In this document: in pieces, positions 29,610-38,631 of the stretch
Layout of the letters: each line of letters opens with the position of its first letter
Numbering within the stretch: position 1 is the stretch's first letter
DNA from: an uncultured bacterium
Lineage (GTDB): Bacteria; Babelota; Babeliae; Babelales; Babelaceae
DNA length: 64,000 nt
Assembly (NCBI GenBank): GCA_963848965.1
Contig: CAWKFG010000004.1
Location: 608,001 to 672,000 of the forward strand
Direction: 5' to 3'
The notes under the pieces: model-generated
Database searches by the model: none
What the model saw: the letters and a program-made list of their open reading frames with translations, nothing else
Told to the model about the DNA's origin: nothing
Program-made: the position numbers and the translations under genes

Positions 29610-30925
29610 CAAAAAATAAACGAGAATTCTCCTACTTCTGTAAGTAGGAGATGAATCGTAAGAAACATTAACACCCTTTGCAGTATTCTTTTCATGAGGT
29701 ATATTTATAGTTATAGAGCATTATCATAATCATTATAGGAGAGGCAATCTATAATGAAAACGTATAACAAGACCTATAAGATGAGGTTACTGCCTAACAA
29801 AGAGCAAAAAAGCTTCTTTGCTCAAACTTTTGGTTGTGTACGTTTTATTTGGAATAAACTTCTTGAACATGCTAACAATTCCTATAAAGAGCATGGTAAA
29901 GCGCACTTTATTACGCCAGCCTCTTTCAAACAAGAATTCTCTTGGCTTAAAGAAGTAGATAGCTTGGCATTAGCTAATGTTTGGCTTTTTCTTAAACAGG
30001 CATTTACTTCTTACTTTGAAGGTATTACCCAGTATCCTCGCTTTAAAAGAAAAGATACTGCAAAACAAAGCTATACAACAAATAATCAAGAAGCATCACA
30101 AGCTATTCGTATTGAAGGTACCTTTATCCGACTGCCAAAAGTAGGCTTTGTTAAGATAATTATGCATAGGCAGATAAAGCCTCATGAAAAGATAAAAAGA
30201 TGTACGGTAACACAAACAGCATCTGGTAATTATTATATAAGCATCACTGTTGAAGGTATATCTTACCAAGAGGTACTACCAATAGCTTTAGATAAAGTAC
30301 TAGGATTAGATTATTCAATGACTTCTTTATACGTAAGTAGTGAGGGTGAGAGAGCCAATTACCCAAGATACTACCGTAAAGCAGAAGAGAAACTTGTAAA
30401 GCTGTGCCAATCTCTTTCTCGTAAAGTAAAAGGAAGTAAAAACTGGCATAAAGCACGCCGTAAGTTAGCCATATTTTATGAGTATATAGCTTTTCTCCGC
30501 CATGATTTCTTGCATAAGTTAAGCTTTATGTTAGCCAAAAAGTATGATGCTATCATTATAGAAGACTTAGATATGCATGCTATGAGTCAAGCATTAAACT
30601 TTGGTAAATCGGTAGGGGACAACGGCTGGGGTAAGTTTGTTACACTGTTAGGCTATAAGCTTGCAGAAAGAGGCAAACAGCTTATAAAGATAGACAAATG
30701 GTTTCCTTCATCAAAGATGTGTTCTTCATGCGGTAGTATAAAAGAAAGTCTAGCGTTATCAGAAAGATGGTATAATTGCCAGCATTGCGGGTACTCTCAA
30801 GACAGAGATATCAATGCTGCTAGAAATATTAGAACCGTGGGGATCACGGGGATAGCCTAATCAATATCCTGAGGTTGCTTAGGAGTTCTTAGGAAGCCAC
30901 CACCTCTTAGGTGGAGGTAGTTCAC
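29610..30925 (+). mobile_element. Solo-tnpB IS200/IS605-group element
   Basis: Left-end hairpin tctcctactt-ctgt-aagtaggaga (29628-29651) after TTTAA; right-end hairpin ccacct-ctt-aggtgg ending in TTCAC at 30925; no tnpA. Confidence 0.8.
29754..30860 (+). CDS. tnpB: RNA-guided endonuclease TnpB (canonical D-E-D RuvC)
   Basis: HTH_OrfB-like N-terminus (TFGCVRFIWN), GLDY, IIEDL, FPSSKMCSSCG, CQHCG, DRDINAA. Confidence 0.95.
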   Translation: MKTYNKTYKMRLLPNKEQKSFFAQTFGCVRFIWNKLLEHANNSYKEHGKAHFITPASFKQEFSWLKEVDSLALANVWLFLKQAFTSYFEGITQYPRFKRKDTAKQSYTTNNQEASQAIRIEGTFIRLPKVGFVKIIMHRQIKPHEKIKRCTVTQTASGNYYISITVEGISYQEVLPIALDKVLGLDYSMTSLYVSSEGERANYPRYYRKAEEKLVKLCQSLSRKVKGSKNWHKARRKLAIFYEYIAFLRHDFLHKLSFMLAKKYDAIIIEDLDMHAMSQALNFGKSVGDNGWGKFVTLLGYKLAERGKQLIKIDKWFPSSKMCSSCGSIKESLALSERWYNCQHCGYSQDRDINAARNIRTVGITGIA

Positions 30926-30945
30926 ACAGACTTGTGTGCAAGTTG
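30780..30945 (+). ncRNA. Predicted TnpB omegaRNA/reRNA (scaffold to TTCAC; guide from 30926)
   Basis: Established IS200/IS605 biology: the RNA overlaps the tnpB 3' end and right end. The 5' boundary is a guess. Confidence 0.5.
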
Positions 30946-31050
30946 TAGAAATTTTGATTCTGGATCTTTATCTGCCTGAGCAATTTTAAGAGTAAGTAAG
31001 CTATCAGCAGCAACCAAAATCAAAAAAATAATAGTTATTTTAAGCTTCAT
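30922..31050 (-). CDS. Small putative exported peptide (42 aa) abutting the IS right end
   Basis: AGGA RBS; MKLKITIIFLILVAADS...HKSV*. Confidence 0.35.
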   Translation of the reverse strand: MKLKITIIFLILVAADSLLTLKIAQADKDPESKFLQLAHKSV

Positions 31051-31554
31051 ACTATTTCCTTGATTTTTTGTAATAATTTCTTATCTAAAAGACTTATATA
31101 TCTAAGATACAAAAAATAATAGTTTTTCTGCAATATTTTTTACCACTTTTTCTTCATAAAGCATATTCTTCCAAGAAAAAGCCTTTTAAGAGCTATAATT
31201 GTGGTATTTTCTTTATCTTTAGAATATAACATCCTACTTTTACTAGTGCTCTTATGAAAACTGATGCTATACACAAAAGCAGTAACATTGCAGACACAGT
31301 TGAGCTGAAAGAAGAACCCATTTATTGATCGTAGAACTTTCCAGGTATGCCCATTATAGCAAAAGACCATAAAGATTAGAAAATTTCCTGGTTATTGAAG
31401 CTCTCTTTGTAAACTAAGAGCAAAGTGAGGTGATACCATAAACAATAATTGTTCTTGCAAACATTTGTTCATATGGCAATTGTAGCTTGAACTCGAACGC
31501 CTACATAAGGAGTTACTGGGCTTAACCGTTTTTACGTTGTTAAGCCCTTAAATT

Positions 31555-32340
31555 TTACTCGTTATCTTCACGCTCTAAGGCACTAAAAGAGATAAACTTT
31601 AAAGCTTCTTTTTGTATTTCGTTTGGCACTTTAGACCAATAGGATGCTGGATCTTCCTTTAAGGCTTTTAGCAGTTTTGAAATTTCCATTAACTTTTTTA
31701 CATCATTAATTGGTACTGCGTAAGACATATTTTGACAAGCATGAAAACCACCGACTGAGATAAACTGCGTTACAAACATGTTAACTCCTATTACTCTTCT
31801 CCATGCATCAATAAGTGGCCCACCACCATTACCAGGAAAAATGTGTGCTGTACTTGATATATACTCATTCCCATTAATAAACTCTCGGCCTGCTATTACT
31901 CCTGGTATACTATGCACACTCCGTAATCCAAGTGCGTATCCTAGAGCCGTTACATTTTGAGCACGAGTAATTTGATCAGAGTCTCCAAGCTCTAAATGAG
32001 GGACTTGCCCCATTTGCACTCGAATATACTGAAGGCTTGCATCTGTAAGCTTTAAAAGTGCTATATCTAAGCTTGGATAAATATCCACCACAGTAACATC
32101 AAGAGGGTAACCATCGATATACGCTATATTAACAGAGAGTCGAGCATCTGGTGGTAATGGAGCACCCTGTAGCAGCTGATGGCAGCTTGTAAGAATGTGT
32201 CCTTCTTGATTAATAATAAAGCCAGTCCATCGTTGTTTTCTATCTTTTATGGAAGCTGTTATCTCTACTACAGCATTATGAGAAAATAAAGAAGTAGCAC
32301 ATCCAAGAGCTATAAAAAGACTTAGTATATATATTTTCAT
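31555..32340 (-). CDS. Secreted trypsin-like (S1C) pseudo-protease with C-terminal F-box-like tail
   Basis: TGFII..GHILT..H and DIALLK present; GNGGGPL instead of GNSGGPL; tail SYWSKVPNEIQKE. Confidence 0.8.
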   Translation of the reverse strand: MKIYILSLFIALGCATSLFSHNAVVEITASIKDRKQRWTGFIINQEGHILTSCHQLLQGAPLPPDARLSVNIAYIDGYPLDVTVVDIYPSLDIALLKLTDASLQYIRVQMGQVPHLELGDSDQITRAQNVTALGYALGLRSVHSIPGVIAGREFINGNEYISSTAHIFPGNGGGPLIDAWRRVIGVNMFVTQFISVGGFHACQNMSYAVPINDVKKLMEISKLLKALKEDPASYWSKVPNEIQKEALKFISFSALEREDNE

Positions 32341-32506
32341 AGAATCCTTTATTATTAAGCATCTTTATTACTTTGTTCATTATTTCATTATAGTAATAAA
32401 TAGAATATGGGCAAGTACCTCATGCCTTAGGGTAGCACATAAGATAAATCTCATTGGTACTTTTGACCACTAGGATGTTGGATCTTCCTGCAACGCTTTG
32501 GCTTCC

Positions 32507-35230
32507 TTATTTAGAGAGAAAAGATGCGAATACTTTATAGGCTTTCGTCATTTCTTCGCGAAGCTCTAAACTTATAGGTTGACTCATAAGGAACTTAAAA
32601 ATAGAACGCTTCGCATCATAGAGCGCTCTATGTAACGGAGTCAAACCACAAGCATCTTGTTCTTCTAGTGAAGCACCACATTTGACAAGATACTTTACTA
32701 TCTTCTTTTTACCTGTACCTACTGCTTCATGTAAAGGGGTACTCCCCTTACTATTTTTATAATTTACATCTGCGCCAAGCATAATTATACGCTGTACTAA
32801 GGATATGTCTACGATACTACATATTAAAAGCGTGTCTCCATAGCAGTCTTCACTATTAATAAACTGAAAAAACAAAGACCCAAAAAAGCTTGTAAGTGAA
32901 TCTGTATCTTTCATAAGTAACTTTAATCTTGCAGAAACAGGCAAATAAAAAATAAGGAGATTAAATAGACTCTGATGGTCCTCCTGTGTTTGCTTGCTCA
33001 GCATTTCTACTGCTTTAATGAGTTTGTCTGTCTCTAAAGTAAGACAATATATTTTTTCACCAAGTCCTGTTACTCTTTCTTCAACGTTACCTTGTGCTTT
33101 TTCAATCAACAAATATGCTAAACGTTCATGTACTTTTGGTATAGCTAACCTTAAACTGCCTTTTTGTCTTTTATATTGTACTACTTCAGAACTTTTTTCA
33201 TTAAAGATCTTAAGTAAATCCTCATCGTTCTGTGCAAGCTCAAGGGCGGTATAACCTCTGTTATTGCATATATTTGCTGTAGCACCAGCTTCGAGCAGAA
33301 GTCTTATTATATTTTTATTTTTTAAATAAACTGCATAATGTAGAGGTGTATCACTACTCAGTTTATTAACACTATTTACAGAAGCATTGTATTGCAACAA
33401 AAGCCTTACCATATCTTCATTATCACGAACAATCGCTTCTCCGATAGGATAATCAGATTTTCCAGAGAACCCATCAGCAGAAGCCCCTTTTTCTAAAAGG
33501 AGCTTTACTATCGGTATACTACCCTTTGAAACAGCCATACCAAAAAATGGAAAAGAGCTTTCTTTCATTATAGCTATCCCTTTCATCTCACTTAATAAAA
33601 ATTGGAGCAAAGACACGTCATTCTTGACAATCGTTTGCTGAAGCATCTGTTCAACTAATTGTTTACACTCTGCCAGATCTGCTCCATACTCTATAAGTAA
33701 CTGTATAATAGTTTTATTGCCTGCGCGTAACGCATAAGAAAGAGGTGAATATCCTTCTCTGCTTTGTACATTAACCTGTGCACCAGAAGCCAAGAAAAGC
33801 TTTACTAAAAACTCATTACCACTAATAACTGCATGACATAAAGGATTTTCTTCATTTTCACTTAATCCTTGAGTAAGTGCCCCTTTTTCAAGCAATAATT
33901 GGCTAAGCTTGTTATTTTCGTAAGCAATTGCAGAAAGAAGAGGAGAATAACCATCTTCATCAAGTACATTTGGGGTTGCTCCGCTCTCAAGTAACAAATG
34001 TGCTATCTCCTCTTGATTAAATTCTATTGCTCTATGAAGTACACTACGGCCACCGACAGTGCGAGCTTCTATATCTTCTCCATGTCGTATAAGCCATTGA
34101 ATAGCTTCTTTATTGCCAAACTGAGCAGCTATATGAAGAGCTGTGATATTACCCAGTTTTTGAGCATTCTCATCATCACTTACAAGAAAATTTTTAAATG
34201 TAGGATCAAAGAGCGTATAAAAATAAGAATCATGAGCAGCAATAGCTAAGTAAAACTTTATGATTGGTAAAAACTTATCATACCATCTACACGTTTTAAG
34301 AAATGTAATAAAAACAGTAATTTGCGCAAGATTCAGAGAACTGGACGAAAGAATTTTTACTGCAATTTTTTGTGCCACAGAAAATTCTTTAATATGCTCA
34401 GTAAAAAAATTAAATTCCAGATTTGAGTTTTTAAAAAAACTATCATGCTCAAGAGCCACCTCTAATACAGTTGCTCCCTTGTTATTGATATTTGTTACAC
34501 GTGTTTCTTGAGCAATAAGAACTTTCATTACCTCCCAGGAGCCAGCAAGCGCTGCATAATGCAAAGGAGATGATCCTTGAGCATCAGAAGTCATGGTAGT
34601 TCTCTTAAATGACAAAAGAAATTGCGTTAACTCTTTATTGTTAAGGTAAGCCGCTATATGTAAAAGCGTTATATCTTCGTTTGAATATCCTATTTCATTA
34701 GTTACCCTTCTAAACGCACCCCTTAGCTCAACTGAATCAACATGCTCAAAGAATACTTTACTTTTTATTCGTGTAGTGGGCCCTTTTATATCTTGATAAG
34801 ACAACACCTGATTACACATAAGAGAAATAAATTTCAGATGTTTTAGAGAAACGCTTGTTTCTTTTTCAGTTGTAAGTAAGCAATTTCGAAGAACCTGACT
34901 TTTATCATGAGCAGATAGCTTACTAAAAATAATATACAAAGCAATCATCACAAAAACATCATCTTTTATTTCGATAGGTAATCTTTCTAAATGTTCGAAA
35001 CTTTTGTCAAATTCTACAGAGGGTATACCAGAAACTTTTAATGCGTTTTCTTTCAAAAAAGGTGTGGTATATGTCTGTGCAAGAGCATGTATAAGATACG
35101 TTCTTAAAGAAGTCCTGTTGTGTTCAAAGTGAATAAGTTCTTCAGGAGATTCATTTTGTAAAGGAACTGATACTTCCATAGCCCAGAGAGAACTTCCTAA
35201 AAATATAAAAAATACTTTTATGTTTAACAT
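32507..35230 (-). CDS. Secreted ankyrin-repeat protein
   Basis: Signal peptide then AME; LERLPIEI F-box-like segment; many ankyrin repeats. Confidence 0.9.
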   Translation of the reverse strand: MLNIKVFFIFLGSSLWAMEVSVPLQNESPEELIHFEHNRTSLRTYLIHALAQTYTTPFLKENALKVSGIPSVEFDKSFEHLERLPIEIKDDVFVMIALYIIFSKLSAHDKSQVLRNCLLTTEKETSVSLKHLKFISLMCNQVLSYQDIKGPTTRIKSKVFFEHVDSVELRGAFRRVTNEIGYSNEDITLLHIAAYLNNKELTQFLLSFKRTTMTSDAQGSSPLHYAALAGSWEVMKVLIAQETRVTNINNKGATVLEVALEHDSFFKNSNLEFNFFTEHIKEFSVAQKIAVKILSSSSLNLAQITVFITFLKTCRWYDKFLPIIKFYLAIAAHDSYFYTLFDPTFKNFLVSDDENAQKLGNITALHIAAQFGNKEAIQWLIRHGEDIEARTVGGRSVLHRAIEFNQEEIAHLLLESGATPNVLDEDGYSPLLSAIAYENNKLSQLLLEKGALTQGLSENEENPLCHAVISGNEFLVKLFLASGAQVNVQSREGYSPLSYALRAGNKTIIQLLIEYGADLAECKQLVEQMLQQTIVKNDVSLLQFLLSEMKGIAIMKESSFPFFGMAVSKGSIPIVKLLLEKGASADGFSGKSDYPIGEAIVRDNEDMVRLLLQYNASVNSVNKLSSDTPLHYAVYLKNKNIIRLLLEAGATANICNNRGYTALELAQNDEDLLKIFNEKSSEVVQYKRQKGSLRLAIPKVHERLAYLLIEKAQGNVEERVTGLGEKIYCLTLETDKLIKAVEMLSKQTQEDHQSLFNLLIFYLPVSARLKLLMKDTDSLTSFFGSLFFQFINSEDCYGDTLLICSIVDISLVQRIIMLGADVNYKNSKGSTPLHEAVGTGKKKIVKYLVKCGASLEEQDACGLTPLHRALYDAKRSIFKFLMSQPISLELREEMTKAYKVFASFLSK

Positions 35231-37308
35231 TGTGCCCTTTCAAGCACCTGTTGTGCTTCTGTCAAAAAGACGTCAGAGAAGCCTTCTTCTTGTAAGATTT
35301 TAAAGGTAATAATTTGATTGGATATCCCTTTTTCTAGCTTATACGGATAGTGGATCTTTTGCCCTTGTACGTCATCGACAGCTACTCTGTAATTAGCAAA
35401 GGTATCAGTCTCTTGTTCAAGCTTTGTAATAAGAGGAAAGTGAGTAGCAGTCACACAGATATTTTGTGGGCTTGTCCCTAACATTTTAAGCAACGTATAA
35501 GCAGCTGCTTGACCTTCTTGGTATGTTGTTCCATTAAACACCTCATCAACTGCTGTAAAAGCAAATTCATTTTCATTTAGTTTTTCAACTCGAGTGAATA
35601 ATTCTCGCGCCCGTAATACTCCTGCTTTAAAAAGAGAAAGATTCGCAGTAATATCATCGGTAATATTAAGATACGTAGTGATAGCAGTGAAAGGAGTAAA
35701 AGCAAGCTTTTGTGCTGGAGCAATACCAATACTTTGAGCCAGAATAATACTCATAATAATACCCTTGAGTACCGTAGATTTGCCTCCTGCATTTGGCCCT
35801 GTAATCACAGCATTATGCCGCTGCCCGTGCACTCCAAGTGCCAACGAACTTGGAATAACTTTTGTTGGTTCAATAAGAGGATTCCAAAAATTCTCTATCT
35901 CAAGCGAAGGATACGATACCTCTGTACGGTATTCGGGAAAGCAATAACATACTCGCTGGCGTTCAAATTCTTTGTAAAGTCGTGCTATAGACATATACAT
36001 ATCAAGTTCACCTACAGCAACAAGCAGGTCAATGAGCCCATCTTTATACTTATGTAAAAGTTTATAGGTAACTAATATTTTGCCAACGAATGAGAAAAAT
36101 GATGGTTCTCCCTTAAATGTGCTACTATCTAAAAGCTTTAATAACCGCTCTATTTCAGGAGCTAAAGGGTGCCCAGATAGAGCAGTTATATGTGGCAAAA
36201 GATTTTTGAGCGTTTGGTGAGAGTTGATAAGAGAAAATATCTTTTTTAACGTAGAAAAATAGGTAGCAACATATATTAACTTTTTTTGTAAGCACCTATT
36301 GAAAACAACATCAATATGAAGGCTCTGTTTAACCTTTGCAGCAACGAGACCTCCTGAAAGTCCTGCTGTAATATTTTCTCCTGCTTGAGTATATTTGTTA
36401 TCGTACAAAGAATTGATAATAAAATAAATAAACCCTGAGATACTTACCATACTTAAAGCACCTTTGATACCCAGCCAACTATTAACGTTTTTTACTACAA
36501 ATTTTTTCTCTTTTAACCAGGGATACTTACTTTCTAAAATAAGAGAGAGACCATACAGCGGTAATGTTACCGATCCTATAGTCATTAATATTCCTCGCGC
36601 TGCAGTTATAATAAAATCAAGTCTTTCTCGAGCATCACTAAAGAATTCATTAGTATCTAAAGCTGTCGCAAGATCTCTTAGAAATTTTATTCTTTCTTGA
36701 AATGGCATAGTAAAAAGATCTCGATCCAGACTGTGTTTAAATTTATCTTTTTCATCCCAAAAAGAAAAAAGAGCGTTTTCTGGTAGCGGTAACTCTTTTA
36801 AAAGCACATCAAGCTGCTCGAAAAGCACATCGTTTGCTACAAATTCTTTTACTACTTCTTGCTGCTTTAAGAGCTTTTCAGTAGTACTACATGGTTGAAT
36901 AATTTTTCGAAACAAGGTCAAGCGCCCTATCTCAGTTGAAGTTCTATCTACTTTTGCAGCTAAATAAAGCTGAGGATGAGAATGAGGGCCACAGAGCATT
37001 TCTAAGTCAAGCCAGGAACGCTCATCAAGAACAGACTCTATTGTAAGATTATGTTTTCTTTCATAATGCGATAACAAAGTAAATGCAAGGCGACGTTTTA
37101 CTTCACTCTTTGGATGTATATGCTCCTGTACCATATGCAGTAGCGTCTCATAAAATGCACTACTTTCTTCCTGTACCTTCTCTTCCTCTACAGTAATAAG
37201 CGATCTAAGATTTTCCTGCGCTATCTTGCTATAGAGAGTTTCTCCGCCATCATAGCCAAAAAGCGGGGTACATGCTACAAAACAAATGCTATATAGTAAG
37301 GTGTTCAT
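35224..37308 (-). CDS. Stand-alone MutS-like ATPase (domains III/V) with signal peptide and TM segments
   Basis: TGPNAGGKST, SLFKAG, DEVFNGT, ATHF-like; no mismatch-recognition domain I. Confidence 0.85.
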   Translation of the reverse strand: MNTLLYSICFVACTPLFGYDGGETLYSKIAQENLRSLITVEEEKVQEESSAFYETLLHMVQEHIHPKSEVKRRLAFTLLSHYERKHNLTIESVLDERSWLDLEMLCGPHSHPQLYLAAKVDRTSTEIGRLTLFRKIIQPCSTTEKLLKQQEVVKEFVANDVLFEQLDVLLKELPLPENALFSFWDEKDKFKHSLDRDLFTMPFQERIKFLRDLATALDTNEFFSDARERLDFIITAARGILMTIGSVTLPLYGLSLILESKYPWLKEKKFVVKNVNSWLGIKGALSMVSISGFIYFIINSLYDNKYTQAGENITAGLSGGLVAAKVKQSLHIDVVFNRCLQKKLIYVATYFSTLKKIFSLINSHQTLKNLLPHITALSGHPLAPEIERLLKLLDSSTFKGEPSFFSFVGKILVTYKLLHKYKDGLIDLLVAVGELDMYMSIARLYKEFERQRVCYCFPEYRTEVSYPSLEIENFWNPLIEPTKVIPSSLALGVHGQRHNAVITGPNAGGKSTVLKGIIMSIILAQSIGIAPAQKLAFTPFTAITTYLNITDDITANLSLFKAGVLRARELFTRVEKLNENEFAFTAVDEVFNGTTYQEGQAAAYTLLKMLGTSPQNICVTATHFPLITKLEQETDTFANYRVAVDDVQGQKIHYPYKLEKGISNQIITFKILQEEGFSDVFLTEAQQVLERAQC

Positions 37309-37350
37309 TACTCTCTCCTCATGCTTCTTGTGTACTACATGCCTATGTTA

Positions 37351-38628
37351 TCAAAAACTCACCGTGAATGTAACACCAAGCGTATTAGCAAGGAGTGCTC
37401 GCTTACCATTAAAGCCCCACTTAAACCAGCCAAGAATTGAAGGAATAAGAGGACTTTTTGGTATATCACGAGCAAAATCATAACTAAGCCCTACAATAAA
37501 GCTATGTGCTGTCCAATCTTGAAGACTTTCAGCACCGTTAGCAATAAACGAGTCAACGCGATCATTACAGATAAAAAGTCTGTCTTCATTACGCTTGAGA
37601 TACTGATAATTAAGTTTTAACCGAGCTCCTCTGAAAAAATTACATGTTTCAAGAAAGATATTATATTGCTGACTAAAACCAAATTCTTTAAATGCTGTAG
37701 CTTTTGTTAAAAATAAAAGGTCTGTTTGATGACAATCAACTCGAATACGCCTATTTCTTGTATTACCAAAAAGGTACAAGAATTCTACATCAATACCGCC
37801 ACGCAAATAATGACAGAATGTTAAGTTTAGCCCTCCTGCAAACTGTAAGCCCCATGAACCATCATTTCCAAAAGGTAATGCTAAAATTTTATCTTCATCT
37901 GCTTTCTCACCAGTAGGAGCGCTTACTCCAAAGCGCAACTGAGTTTGAACATTAGTAAGCAAAGGCCGCGCTTGAGGAAAATCTTTTGTCCATGAAATTT
38001 GAGCAAGAAAATCTCCTATCCCTGTTCGTCTCCAACCTCGAACGCTTAATCCAGAAAGATCACAAACAAGCTGCGTAAAATCATCCTCTAGTCTATTTTC
38101 AAACACTTTATTATTCGACTTTTCTTTCCATCGTACATTAGTAAGCTCCATGGTATAAACAGGAAGAAAAAGACCACAAGTAATACCATGAGGAAAGTTA
38201 TAACGAGCAGCAAACATAAGATTGAGCGGTACCTTAAAGCAGCCTTTTGGAATAAAGAGACCTTGCGTACCATTTTCATCATGAATGTTAAAAAGTTGTG
38301 CTAACTGTCCTTGCCTTGATTGAATATCACATCCCTTGAATGCTGCAAGCACGTTCTGCTTATTTTGATAAATCTGAAGAACATTCACTTCTTTATCTTT
38401 GTCAGTTGAACATGTTCCTAATTGATCACATTCTTCATGGTCATCTTGAAAACCACGAATACTAAGAGCTCCTTCATATCCTACAGTAAATTGAAATGGA
38501 TGGCATGGATCTCTATCTGGAATTAAAAAAGGGTCTGAAGGTCTAAACAAGTTAATCGGTGGCAATGCGCTGCTTGCTATACTATAAAGTATGCTCAGCA
38601 GTATACTATATCGAACTAAACGTATCAT
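37351..38628 (-). CDS. Putative outer-membrane beta-barrel protein
   Basis: Signal peptide, alternating amphipathic strands, GIGD motif, terminal ...LGVTFTVSF. Confidence 0.6.
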   Translation of the reverse strand: MIRLVRYSILLSILYSIASSALPPINLFRPSDPFLIPDRDPCHPFQFTVGYEGALSIRGFQDDHEECDQLGTCSTDKDKEVNVLQIYQNKQNVLAAFKGCDIQSRQGQLAQLFNIHDENGTQGLFIPKGCFKVPLNLMFAARYNFPHGITCGLFLPVYTMELTNVRWKEKSNNKVFENRLEDDFTQLVCDLSGLSVRGWRRTGIGDFLAQISWTKDFPQARPLLTNVQTQLRFGVSAPTGEKADEDKILALPFGNDGSWGLQFAGGLNLTFCHYLRGGIDVEFLYLFGNTRNRRIRVDCHQTDLLFLTKATAFKEFGFSQQYNIFLETCNFFRGARLKLNYQYLKRNEDRLFICNDRVDSFIANGAESLQDWTAHSFIVGLSYDFARDIPKSPLIPSILGWFKWGFNGKRALLANTLGVTFTVSF

Positions 38629-38631
38629 GCT

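Noticed and set aside
31140..31500. Short ORFs between the IS and the pseudo-protease
   Set aside because: Possibly a decayed gene, but no frame gives a recognisable product
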